Source: Lepidodermella squamata (lineage: Eukaryota; Animalia; Gastrotricha). Taken from it: a stretch of DNA of 64,000 nt. Shown piece by piece: positions 25,301 to 37,797 of this stretch. The translations under genes and the position numbers were made by a program. The stretch lies in contig JBLDXI010000009.1 in NCBI GenBank assembly GCA_047495785.1, positions 1,860,001 to 1,924,000 of the forward strand, given 5' to 3'. Each line of letters opens with the position of its first letter. The stretch's first letter is position 1. The notes under the pieces were generated by a model, which saw only the letters and a program-made list of their open reading frames with translations, searched no databases and was not told where the DNA came from.

Positions 25301-27286
25301 AGCTGAACTTCTTCGTAAGATCGAGGATCTTGAGGGAACAATTCGGCGCAGTTCTCAGAATGAATCTGCTGCTTTGAAGGACCTGCAAGAGCAGTCAGCA
25401 AAGCAAGTTGAAGAGTTGAAGGCTCAGATTGCGAAAATTGAATCGGAAAGCAAGCATCGCGAATCGGAACTTCAAAGCAATATCTCGGAATCGGCGAAGA
25501 AATTGGCCGAATTCGAGACGAATATTCACGAGAAAGAGGCGGCGCTTGCCGATTTGGCGAAGAAATTATCTGAGAAGGATGCTGCCTTGTCGCAAAAGGC
25601 TAACGTCGAGTCGCAATTGGCTGGGCTGACGCAGCAGTTGACCCAATTGCAAGTGAGCTACGAGGAAATTCTAAAATCTGCCGAGGCTAATGTGAAACGC
25701 GAAAACGACCTCAAAACTACCAACTCGCAATTATCTGAAAAATTAGCAGCCCTCGAAACTGATATTGCGAATTTACGTTCGGGTCATGTTAACGGCGCCG
25801 CAGAACTGGAGAAGATGGATAAAGAGCTATCTGAGCTGAAACAAGCCAAATCTGCGCTTGAGGCTGTGGTTGAAACTTCGAAAAAACGGGAACAGGAGTT
25901 GTTAGCGAGTCAAGACAATTCTGGTCAAAAAGTATACGAGTTAGAATCAGCGTTGAATCAGAAGAGCGCCGAGAGCGAGACTCTTCGTAAAGCCGTCGAA
26001 GAACTCCAGCAAACAGTCACTCGGCTACAAAATGAGGCCAGTGCTAAGGCTTCGGCCGAGAAAGCTAAGCTCGAAGATGAAATTTCGGGCTTGAAACGAA
26101 CTAATGATTCCGTAAGACTTTTCCGATTCAACTGACTCGAATTTAATCGGCTATGTTTAATTTCAGCTTCATGGCAAAGTTTCTGTTTTGGAAACCCAGC
26201 TCACGGAATTGAAATCAAGGTATGTGAATTGCAATGCTCATTGGGATATGTTCGAAATGTTTATTAACAATTTTTGTTGTTGATTACTTATCGCTCGTTG
26301 AAATCTCAACTTATAGCCTTTGCCAAGTAATCTTTGACCTGAGCTTTGAACCCGCGTTCAACCGCAAACTCGCGGTTGCCGCCGCTTCGTTCATGTTACC
26401 CCGTGTCTGTCCGGTCTCAAAACCGGCTGCTGTTGAGCCGAAAGACGAGAAATTACCTTTAAAGGCTTGTGAACAGACGCGGGATCGCCCGCCGATTCCC
26501 CCGCGGCCTCCGAAAAGCCATTCGATCATGGCTATGCTTCGTCAACAGCTGCCTATTAAGAAATACTCTTCAAGGTTTTTAACCGCCTCGAACACGCGTG
26601 AAGTGAGCGCCCTCTCAACGCTTGTTTGATATTAACAAAAACAATCCACTTCATCGCCATTCTTCGCAGCAGAGAGAACCGCTTCTCTATGAAATTCTTG
26701 CTTTATTCCGATCATTTTCCCTCGTTTTTCTCTTTGACTTGACTTGAATTAGCGACTGTTATTATATCCCGTTTTTTCCTAATTTTTCAGAAAGTCCGAT
26801 GAAAATGATGTTGCCAAGAAGCAGCAATTGGGAAGTAACGGGGAGTCTGATGAGGAAGTGCTTAAAATTCAGGGCCAACTCGAATCGGCCAATAAAATGA
26901 TTGATTTTCTTCATTCTGTCATTGCCGATCAACAGAAACGATTGGAGATGACGAACTCCGTGGGTAGCCCCCTCAGCGAATCCAGCCCTAACGATCCGAA
27001 ATTGCCCTCTCGCCCGCCCCGTCTCTACTGCGATATCTGCGAGTGTTTCGACCTGCACACGACTGAAGACTGCCCGCAACAAGGCGACAACGATGCGGAT
27101 CATTTGACACTGAACAACAACAACCATCGTGCCTCACCGCCCAGCAGTGAATCTGCTGTGTCGAATACTAGCAGTGGCATCGGAAATGGTAAACGGAAGG
27201 CCCCGCCACCCCCGCGGCCCTACTGCACCACCTGCGAGGTATTCGGCCACACGGCCGAGACGTGTGTTTCCGACCTGACCTTCTAG
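22340..27286 (+). CDS. CLIP1: CAP-Gly domain-containing linker protein (CLIP-170/CLIP-190); exons 22340-22445, 22922-23695, ~23755-26111, 26167-26219, 26791-27286
   Basis: N-terminal SGLRPPSKI, two CAP-Gly domains with GKNDG, ~750 aa coiled coil, two CCHC zinc knuckles ([16 protein letters not shown]; [15 protein letters not shown]) and C-terminal DLTF (EEY/F-type end). Confidence 0.93.
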
Positions 27287-28179
27287 ATCAGTGAACTCGT
27301 ATTGGATTGAGTAGCTCCGAGTCAAATTTATTATATTGCAATTGTTGTATCGTATCAAAAAATATGATTAAATTACCGCATCTCTCTTCCACGCTCATTA
27401 TTGAATTTGCCTTTCTGGAAAATGGTGAAAAAAGTGACGCAAAAAGGCCTATTTGTTTTTCTAAATCGTGTGAATGTAGTAACACCCCTTTGTTACAGTT
27501 GATGGGATTATCGATGGACATGATATTTTGTAATATTGTTATTTAGCTTTATTCGAGAGCAATAAATACTTGAGTATGACATGTTTAACTCTTTGGACTT
27601 GTTTCTTTCTCTTTCTCTCGTCTTCTCTATTCTCTCTCTTGTTTTAGCCCTGGTGCGTTTTTCGGCAATGTCATCCCCGCTTTTTGAAAGCATGTCCAGA
27701 TATGGAATTGCAATAATATTGATACCCTGAATATTGTTAATTTTTGCTGTTTCTCGCTGTTGCAATTGAGTCTACAATTATTCCTTATTATTATTGACTT
27801 GTCTGATTTGATTGATGCAAGAATTATTGAGGAAGTAATAATTGCACTTGCACGCTATTCCGAGATGTTATCAGACGATTTTTGTCTGTTTCTCCCCACC
27901 TGACGCAAATTTATTCTTGTTGCATCGATAAAAAACAGTTATTATCGTTATTACCTGCGCGTTAACTCTATATAAAAGAGTACCTATGTGCTGAATGGGA
28001 CTTGATGTCGCATTTCGCGCTCCTGTTGATAACATTTTGTACTGAAACGAACAAAAAATTCGATCTTTTGAATGATAAAAATAGACTATTGGTGAACAAA
28101 TAAAACACAACGTGTGCCTCTGATTTTCGTCAAGTTTAAGTTGTTTCACCTTATTTAGGGTTAATTTCTAAGCTAGAAG

Positions 28180-28777
28180 ATGTCGAACCAAGGTGGAGCG
28201 CAACAAATTGACCTCCTTCAGCTGCCGTTGCCCCAGCTGAATACCCTATCTCAACAACTAGACCAGGTATTTTATCGGCGTAATCTACGTATTTCGGGTT
28301 GAATTTTGTTGAATTTTCAGGAGTTGGAATTTTTGAATTCGAGCGTCGGCCGACTTCGAGCAGTGCAGCGACGTTTCGCCGAGTCGCTCGACGCTGTTCA
28401 GTCGGTGGGCAAGACGCCGAAAAGCGCCGAGGTCTTGGTACCCCTGACGTCTAGCCTGTACGTCCCGGGCGAGATTGTCGAAAACGAGAAGGTCGTCGTC
28501 GACGTAGGAACCGGCTTCTTCGTCGAGAAAACTGTCGACCAGGCCGTTGAGTATTTCCAGAAGCGGATTGACGAAATCGGCAAAGAGATCGACCAAATCG
28601 CGCCCGCTCTGCGACAGAAAGCACAAGTTAAATCAGGTATTACTTTCTTCGCTTTATTGAATTCATTCTGATTCAATGTTATTTTCGCTAGTCGTGATGG
28701 AAGTTTTGCAAGCGAAGGTTCAGCAGCATCTTGCCAATCTCCAGGCTCAAAAGGACGGAGGAGCCGTGAAGGCTTAA
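28180..28777 (+). CDS. PFDN5: Prefoldin subunit 5; exons 28180-28266, 28321-28636, 28692-28777
   Basis: IDLLQLPLPQL...QLDQELEFL, VLVPLTSSLYVPG, VVVDVGTGFFVEK alpha-prefoldin motifs. Confidence 0.95.
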
Positions 28778-30752
28778 ACTAATGCAATCGAAGTGATATT
28801 GTGGCTCATCCTGAATATCGTTGTTTTGCCAATATGAAATAACAAATGTCATAACTGTGTTATGCGCACCATGTCTAGTTCACCTCAAAGTGTGATTTCG
28901 CGTGCCTGAAAGGCTGCGGTTATTTTGCCTTGTATTTAACCAATTGAAGCGTGAAAAGGTTGAAAAGTAAAGCCTGATTTTGGTTCTCACCTGTTTTTAT
29001 CTATTTCTGCACAAGCCGAATTTCATGTGGCATGGTAGGTGGCGACTGGCGATCGACCTGAAAACTGGGATAGTTTGGTCTGATACAATTGGGTTTGTTG
29101 GCCACGAATGAAATCTTCTCGAATGTATCTGCAAGTAGCAACTAGTGCTTGGGAAATGAAGCTAACGATAGGTATCAAGACGGATATTAAGAAAAACAGT
29201 GAAAAATGTGCGCAGGCAGATGAAGCAATCGTGTTCTTCCCCTTTTTTATTATCAGCTTATTATCAGCTCCGCCTGCGAGTCGTTTGCGAACATTTGATT
29301 GAAAAATTTGATTTTATTTGGACATTCTAAAGCTAGTTTCTTCAATGATTTTATTCGATGATTCTAGTCTTGCGTCGCATGCTGAAAGACGCTTATTGGA
29401 AGACCCGCCAGAACGGATAGACCCTTGTGCTGACCCATTGTTAGCTAAATCGCCGAAAGTTGCTAAAAATTAAACAGGATTTCATTATACATAGTTACGT
29501 TACTCTAATACCAAGTGGATGTAGGTAAAATGCAGATGTAAGATAAATTTCAAGTATTTTGAGTAGAATGTTTTCCAATCTGACTCAAGTAACGTAGTAA
29601 TCGCCTTCGGTTCAAGCTTTACACTTGCGCGTACAAATATCTCGTCGTGAATGTGTGTCATCTCGCACATGACACATTTCGGCACGCAGCAGCAACAAAT
29701 AGTTACATTTTCTAGCTTAATTTTCACCTCGGTTTATTTCTGATTTTATTTTTACTACTATCGCCTGTTATGGTGCTCTCCGCGCGATTACCGAGCCTCA
29801 TAGACTTCAAAATTTATGATGCAATCAACAATGTAAAAAGGCGATACAAAATTAATGGTGGAAAAGATAATATACTGCTTCTCTAAAAAGTGTGCTGGTT
29901 ATAAAAAGATTTGTAGCCGCTCCCGTGGGTCATGTGAGAGGCTCTGCTGGTTAGGTTTTGGTATGTCGCCTAGATGCCAAGCTGGGCATTTATCGGCAAG
30001 AACGTTGCGAGCGTCTTCTGACGATGGGCGAATACCGCGGACGTAGTTGATGTAGCCCGCTGTATCGAGACCTGCTGCTAAGCCATAGCGCCATAGCGTT
30101 TTATGGTATCAAGGAAGACATCCTCAATGGATTCGACTCCGGCGTAAGCGATTACGTCAATCATTTCCGTTTCGAAGGGCAGATCAAACAAGGCTCCGAA
30201 GGCAGTGGGCTTGAATTTCCAACAGTTTTAAAACAGATGAGGGCGCAAGGCAGCGAAGGGCAGGGGCTCCATAGGCAACCAAGGACTCCAGGACTGTTTT
30301 ATTAAAGAGGACACACAGGTTTTTAGGCAAAACGTGTCGCTTGGCCAGGGCGCAGAGGGCGCCAAGGCGAGGCTACAGTTTTGAGGCAATCACCGGAAAA
30401 ATTCCAAACAAATCCGCGGTAAACAAAAGACATATTAATTTAAATTGTAATGTTAAAAATTGTTTAAAACTATTTATGTGCAATAAAATTGTTAAGTTAT
30501 TTTATTGCATCATGTTCTTCACAATTGTTTCGGCAAAAATATCCGAGCGCGCGAGTTGAGTTAGGCGTCTTCTCGAGAGTTTTACCTGGAGCTTTCATCT
30601 TCTCCTTCATCCTGGTTTCGCTTTGTTTCTTCGAGAGTCGAAAGAATCTCAAAAGATCTGGAGTAGCTAGACTTTGTGCTTTGATAATCTCTACATTTCG
30701 CACCCTTTCCTTAGCTTCAATTTGTGTTATTTCATTAGTATTCGTTTATTTC

Positions 30753-31274
30753 ATGTCTAACGCCGTGATTCCGGGGGATTTTGTGCGACATGCGTTGTCC
30801 AATGGCCTTGGGCGTTATGTTTGCCAATTACAGCGGTTGACATTCCGTTTCTGCAAAGAATATTCTGGTAGCTCCGGTGTTCGTGAATACATCGAAAAAC
30901 AGTTGGTTGGATTTGCTCATCACAATCCTGGAGTTGTAGTCTACTTGTTACCTCAGCGTCATACTCGGGCTTACATAGTGGCTGAATACTTGAATGGCAA
31001 CAAAGAGGAGTTCTGTGTTGACAAAATGTCGAATGAAAACATCTCGAAATGGGTCGAATTGTTCAAGTCACGATCTGGCCAACCCATATCACGCATACGA
31101 AAGCCTTGGCTCACAAACCATCCTTCAATCCAAGGATCATGGACACCTGATCTTTCACGGCCCTCGGAGTTGAATGTTGCAAAATTTCCCAATCCCAGTC
31201 GCTCAGATGCGTTTCAACTTGAGAAGTCAGCAACTGATGTTGTTAAAGATATGTTGAACAATCTGAAAAAATGA
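30753..31274 (+). CDS. MRPL43: Mitochondrial ribosomal protein L43 (intronless)
   Basis: NGLGRYVCQLQRLTFRFCK, AEYLNG, TNHPSIQGSW; likely start at MSNAVIPG, after a TTTCATTAG acceptor. Confidence 0.93.
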   Translation: MSNAVIPGDFVRHALSNGLGRYVCQLQRLTFRFCKEYSGSSGVREYIEKQLVGFAHHNPGVVVYLLPQRHTRAYIVAEYLNGNKEEFCVDKMSNENISKWVELFKSRSGQPISRIRKPWLTNHPSIQGSWTPDLSRPSELNVAKFPNPSRSDAFQLEKSATDVVKDMLNNLKK

Positions 31275-31376
31275 TTTTCAACTTCCTCCTAGCTCTTTAT
31301 TACAAGTGCCAAAAGCAAACATCTTCATTTCTTTTTAGATTCAAGTTTAGTTTAAATTTTGTGTCAACCTTTCAAA

Positions 31377-33668
31377 ATGTACGGTCCCCAAGTCCTCGTC
31401 CTGAAAGATAAGACCAAGCGCGAATCTGGCCGTCGCGTTCAGCTCAATAATATCTCAGCCGCTAAGAATATCGCCGATGTCGTCAGGACCTGCCTCGGTC
31501 CTCAGGCTATGCTGAAGATGCTCATGGACCCTATGGGTGGCATCGTTATCACCAATGACGGCAATGCTATTCTCCGTGAAATCACCGTGCAACATCCGGC
31601 TGCCAAGTCGATGATCGAAATTGCTCGCACTCAAGATGAGGAAGTCGGTGATGGCACAACCTCAGTGATTGTTCTTGGTAAGCAATTGATTAATTTCTCA
31701 TGTTGTTTACTAAGTTGTATTGATTAGCCGGTGAGCTCCTCAGCCAATCTGAGCAATTCCTTAGCCAAAACATTCACCCCACTGTTGTGATTGCCGGTTA
31801 CCGTCATGCCCTCGATGATCTGTTGGGATATCTCGCCGACAAAGTCGCGTATGTTCTATTAATTATCAGTGATCATCTAAACCATCCTTCACAAAAAATT
31901 TCAGCTTAACCATCGATGTTAAGGATGATGCTCAAGTCACTAAGGTTGTTCGCAGCTGCATCGGCACCAAGTTTATCCACAAATGGTCTGACATGGCGTG
32001 TCAAATCGCCGTAAAAGCCGTTCGCACCGTTTATTTGGAAGAAAATGGCCGAAAGGAAGTTGACACCAAGCGATATGCTCGCATCGAAAAGCTTCCAGGT
32101 TAGTATTCAAATAATTTAAAATACTGTGGGTTACACTAATATTTAAGGTGGAAGCGTCGAAGATTCGTGTGTCTTGGATGGTGTTATGATCAATAAGGAC
32201 GTGTTGCACCCGAAGATGCGTCGTCGCATTGAAAACCCTCGAATTTTGTTGCTGGATTGCGCCCTCGAGTACAAGAAGGGAGAGTCTCAAATTGAGATGG
32301 AGTTGTCAAAGGAGGAAGATTTCACCAAGGCCCTCCAAGCCGAGGAAAACTTCATCCAGAAGGAGTGCGCTGATATTATCCGCTTCAAACCCGATCTGGT
32401 CATCACCGAGAAGGGTATCTCGGACAGTGCTATTCACTATCTGTTGCAGGCGGGCATTTCTGCCATTCGTCGCGTGAAGAAGAGCGACAATAACCGTATT
32501 GCTCGTGCCTGTGGGGCGCAAATCGTCAACCGTACCGAGGAGATTCGCGACGAAGACATCGGCAGCGGTTGCGGCCTGATGGAAATTAAGGAAATCGGCG
32601 AGGAGTTCTTCTGCTTCCTGACCCAGTGCAAGAGCCCCAAAGCTTGCACCATCATGCTTCGAGGAGCTAGCAAGGATATTCTCAACGAGGTAACTGGAGA
32701 AATTTATATACATGGTGTGAATACTAAGTGGATGGAGGTTGTGGTGATAGCTGGATTGGGAGCTGAATTTTCTTTGTAGTACGAACTTTGAGGCTTCTCG
32801 GGGTGGGCGCTGCAAAACCTTTTCGTAGACATGGTTCATTCCATTCAGCAATGCTGCTCTATCTTCCCTAGGCTAGGAAGTTTGCAGGATAAATTTGTTT
32901 TTTTGATCCTAGTTTCTCCCTTGATCAAATGAGATTACTTATTCGATTTCAAATCGCCCATACTGACCATGCATTATCGGTTGAAAATTTCCTTTAGCTT
33001 ATGAGGGCTCGAAATTCATCAATATGCAGCATATTGGAATTCAATCAGTGGAAAAGAATCCAATAATTTCTAGCAGAAATAGGATAAGTCATTGGTGGCA
33101 ATTGAACACATTTCACCAATCATCAATGGCAATATCTAATTACGATCAATTTTTGTGTTAATAGGTTGAGCGCAACTTGCAAGACGCGATGCACGCCGCG
33201 AAGAACATCATTCTGGATCCGAAACTGGTCCCCGGCGGCGGTGCCTCCGAAATGGCCCTCGCCCAGTTCTTGCAAGAGAAATCCGCCTCTATCCAGGGCG
33301 TTGAACAGTGGCCATACCTGGCTGTTGCGAAATCGCTGGAAATCATCCCGCGAACCCTGATCCAGAACTGCGGCGCGAACACGATTCGCACGCTGACAGC
33401 CCTGCGCGCTAAGCACGCAACTGCTGGCAACACAACTTTCGGCGTCAACGGAACGACCGGCGAGATCGTCGACATGAAGGAGTACGGCATCTGGGAGCCG
33501 TTGACCGTCAAGTCGCAGGTCATCAAGTCAGCCATTGAATCGGCTGTTTTGCTGCTGCGCATCGATGATCTCGTTAGTGGCACCAAGAAGCAGGCTGATA
33601 TCGACAACCCGTCGATGAAGAAGGAGGAGGAAGAGAAGCCTGAACCTGCCGGACCGGGCCAGGAGTAA
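31377..33668 (+). CDS. CCT3: T-complex protein 1 subunit gamma; exons 31377-31677, 31728-31848, 31905-32098, 32148-32689, 33165-33668
   Basis: KRESGRRVQLNNI, RTCLGPQAMLKMLMDPMGG, TQDEEVGDGTTSV, LEYKKGESQ, LLLRIDDLVSG. Confidence 0.97.
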
Positions 33669-34570
33669 AGCTAGTCCCAACAGCTAGAATCTTTTAAGGG
33701 AAGAAGCGAGAGGACAGTCGCCAAAAAAATAACTTTTTCTAGGCAATTTTTGCGTTCTTTGTGTGTGTGCGTGTTTCTGCTGCAAAAACTTAATTGTGAT
33801 AAGAAATTTTGGTCTAACCGAGACATTCTATCGAGTGATGACACAAAACAGGAAACGACCCAAAACACCCGAGTTATTAAGTTGTGTGATCATGATTCTT
33901 ATTATTACTACCGAGCACGTGTAATACAGCAAAAGCTATATATGTATGTTTATCGATAATAAAGTTGGAACGAAAAATATTATTGCATCTTGTGATGATG
34001 ATGATGAAGTTCGTTTGCAGACAACCGTGACAGCGTTGGATGAAAAATTCAATAAATTTATGACACTGCATTCGAGTCTTTTGTTAACCTCTTTTTTCTT
34101 TCAGCATAGATCGTTAAAAAAATGGTAATTCATTCAAGATTCAAGGTTGGAATTAGTTGAAGATGAGTTCGAGGCAGCGCCGTGGCTGATGCGGGGATAT
34201 CGGCAAGCTGTGTGAACAGTTTCAAATTCTTAGTTTCTTTAGTTTTTGAGATAAACTATTTCATCTCTGTTATCGGCTTAGCTGTTGGTAAATTGTGGTT
34301 GGTTTTTCGGAGTGGGAATTCTAAAAATAAGTTTGTGAAGCCGCCCTAAGCATGATTCATGCCTCGAGCAGAAAAGCGAAATCGCTCCTAAATTTTGCCG
34401 TTAATTACCTCAAGGTAGAGTTTTGTAACTTTTTGGTAAATTATCCGAGCTATTTTAAATCAGCTTAAGAGCCTTTTATTGTTAACTGGAAAACTGGCGC
34501 ATTATTTCGTCGAGATCACATAGGAAACTGAATTAAGCTTTATTTTTCTGTTTAGGCTTAATTGACGAAA

Positions 34571-37500
34571 ATGTCCGAACAAATGGATTTTTCACTCGAT
34601 ATTTCTATCAGGGAGCAGGCTCCTGAAGAGGCTAATCCAGCCGAGGAAAATGACACCAGCGGTGGCTATTTCGGTGAACTAACTGGCTATTTAAACGAAT
34701 TATTGTCCCAACCCGCGGCTGAGTTGACTATCGATCAGCTAGTTCAGCTAAGTGATTTTCTACGACAAACAAACGATGCTCTTAGATCTGGCCAGTTGGA
34801 CGAGGATATTGAAGCCATCCCTGAAATTTTCGAAATCTCAGCGCTAGGCGCTCAACTCTGCCTCGGCTTCGATCATTTGAAATCGAGTTCTTCCGAGGAA
34901 ATTTTGGCGCAATTGAAGGACATTTTCTACCTATCTAACGAATTATTCACCGGGGCCAATTCGAGTTGCGTCCAGAAAAATGTGAAAATCACTCGCTTGG
35001 GTGATATTTTCAATTTTGTGAGGGCGTCGCAAAAACTTGACGTCAAGATATTCCTTCACGCTTCGAAAACTTTCATTGCAATCATCGATAAAAATTACGA
35101 TAGAAATGACCAAAATTTTCATCCGTACGAACTCGCCGAATTTTTGCAAACCAGCGCCTTCTCTGAATTTTTGGCTGCGGAGAAGCGATCTCAAACCGCT
35201 ATTAAGGTGGTTGGCTTTATCATGCGGAATCTCGGCTTGCTATACACTAGCCAATCTGGTGTGATGTTCGGCGGTCTAAACACGGCAAATTTAGTGAAAT
35301 CTTGCCAGTTTCTGTTTGATTTGCATTCCGTGTTTTGGGAATTCTCGAAAGCTGGCGATTCCGAGCCGTTGATTGCTGCGTACAATCAATACATTTTGTC
35401 CTCGTTTTCACCGATCCTTCAATCGCTATTGGCCCACGAGGATTTTCTACCGGCATTAGTCGACCTGGGCTTGAAAGGTAATTTATTGCTTTGGTACTTT
35501 GGTGCTTTGGTGCTTTGGTATCTTTGGAATTTATTGCTGATCAGATGCAAATAAATTGAAAGTCTCCCTTAGATATCAGTTGCTTAGGAGAGCCTTTGAG
35601 TAAGGCATTAGGCCTGGGTTTAGATTGGTGTAGATTAGAGTAGAAAGCCTTGCAAGATTTGTCCTGATTTCTGTTGGCCAAAAGGATAGGTTCATAATAG
35701 GGTAAATATTTCCCATTGAAAGGGATGAGATATCAAATTTTGGATGTACACATTTTCTAAAAATCTGCTAATACATATTGAAAATATAATTTTATTTTAG
35801 AAAAACCAGTGGCAACTCAGGGAGCATTGCTGTGCCTGGTTCTCAATGTTTTCACCGTACTTATCGATACAAAAGCAATCAGCGCAACTACTCATATCGA
35901 GCCACTACTGGAGTCTTTCTTTCTCAATTACAGCGGTAAATTGAGTTACTTCAATACAGTTTTTCTGTCTAATTACTTGTATGCATGTTCTGTTCTGTCG
36001 AGTAATTTAATGATTTCTCATTACAACCATTATCAGAAAAACGCTTCCCATTCTCGATTAAACCTTTCGATTTTTCAGGCTGGTCTGCTGTAGAAAATTC
36101 AGTTCAGTTCTGGCCATGGCCTCTGGTTGGTAATCCTCCCAAAACTCAATCGGCCTATGAAACAAGCGCATTCATAATCGCTCGACTTGTCCTTCGCAGT
36201 GCTTTCGAAGAAGCGTCTCAGTTCTTCCAGTTCGAGCGGCTTCTGCTTCTGTCACTTACCGGAAAATCAGAAGAGCCGAACCCCGCGTTTAAACGCGTGT
36301 TTATCAGCGATGTTTTATGCATTATGGCGAAATCTAGCCAGCGATTATCTCTTAGATACACCCAAATTTTAGCCGATTTCGTGGCGAAAACCTCGGAAAA
36401 TGACGAAGTAGCCGCGTTTCTGGTACCAACGTTACTGCGGCGAATTTTCGACGCGATTCCTGACGATCAAAAAGCTCGAATTGTCGAACAGGCCATCGAT
36501 GAATTAGTCCGGTCTTTTCCATCGATTTCAAACGGGAAAAAGTCTGCGGGTGTTCTATCGATGAGCGAAGCCTTGAGAATGTTGGATAACTGCTCCAATG
36601 CCCTACTGAAAAATCCGTCGCAACCGATTTCATTGCTGATAACCACGATTCGATTGTTTTCTTACCTGACCTGGTGGACTTCGGCAAATCCGGATGCGTT
36701 GAAAAGTTCGAAGCAAATGTTGGAAAAGTTGACATTTTCAATGTGGCAAATTTTGTCGATGGTAGCTGTTAAAACTGAGGATAATTCGTACCATTCTTTG
36801 TTGGTTCTATTTGCACTGTCGATTTTTGAAGCGAGTCGAGCTGTGATCATTGGAATTCAGAACTACGAGGCTAGTGCTAAATTTTGGGCGGCTGCTGGCG
36901 AGTTCATCGAGCAGTCGTCAATGCCGGCGTATGTGAAGCAGCTCTTTTTATGTAAGTTTACGTAATTGGCAGGAATATTCGATTTTATTAACGTATTTTC
37001 ATTCGAAGCTTGGATGCTCAAAGTCATTGATTCGAACACGCTGGCTAACAGTCCCGGTGCTCAAAAAGTGAGTTTCACTCCTTGAAAATTGTGTAAGCAG
37101 AGTGAAAAATGACATATAATTGTTTGATACGACTAGTCGAATATTAGATAGCACTGGAACGAAATAGTTATATAGTTTTCGAGGCATGCGGTCATCCAAA
37201 ACAGCCACATTGTTGTCCAGTAGATTAAAAAAGCTCGAGAGCGCGATGTCATTAGTTAACCGATTTCAACGACTTCCACCTCATGTTCTCGACGAGGTGC
37301 CAGCTAATGGGGTGGAGAGGGCCTGCGTTAAAGTTCAGTAAAATTCAGAGCGTTATAATCGTAATCTTGAAATCCTACCAAATGGAGTGAATCGGAATTT
37401 CTAATTTCTATATCACACCCTTGAATCATCGAAGAACGCATTTTTTCATTTCCTTTTTAGGTTCTGGAGACGTGTCTGATGAAAGGATTTAGCGACAATC

Positions 37501-37682
37501 GTTTCAAGGCATCTCATGTTAGTCTTCTATCTGGCGTCGTGCTGTCGAATCTCGCTAACCGGTTGAGCCTTAAAACTGGCCCTGGCGCTGCTTTAGCCGC
37601 TAAGCTCAATCCAAAACTGCGTGCTCAAGCTGAAGCTTTCAGCAACCAACTTTTTTGCATTCCTTTTTCAAAACTTTCATGA
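34571..37682 (+). CDS. FIRRM/C1orf112 (FLIP)-like alpha-helical protein; exons 34571-35477, 35801-35935, 36079-36951, 37009-37067, 37461-37682
   Basis: In-frame spliced model. The segment FERLLLLSL...ISDVLCIMAK...RYTQILADFV...LLRRIF resembles, from memory, the conserved DAWCFLARY...LLKRLF block of C1orf112; divergent, so the assignment is tentative. Confidence 0.55.
35488..35527 (+). repeat. Short tandem repeat (CTTTGGTR)x5 at the start of intron 1 of the FIRRM-like gene
   Basis: gctttggtactttggtgctttggtgctttggtatctttgg. Confidence 0.8.
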
Positions 37683-37797
37683 GAAACTTGAATACCGCAT
37701 TTTATTGAAACCCTGAAGCTCGTTGAACAAAATTTGTATCGTTAATTGAAGTTTTACAGCCTGTGTGCAGTAGATTTATTAATGCTGTGCCTTTTGT

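Noticed and set aside
28870-29090. Short stems and CTGA boxes downstream of PFDN5
   Set aside because: No C box or convincing guide sequence; cannot support a snoRNA.
37422-37441. GAATCATCGAA-GAACGCA resembling 5.8S rRNA
   Set aside because: Under 20 nt, gapped, no flanking rRNA similarity.
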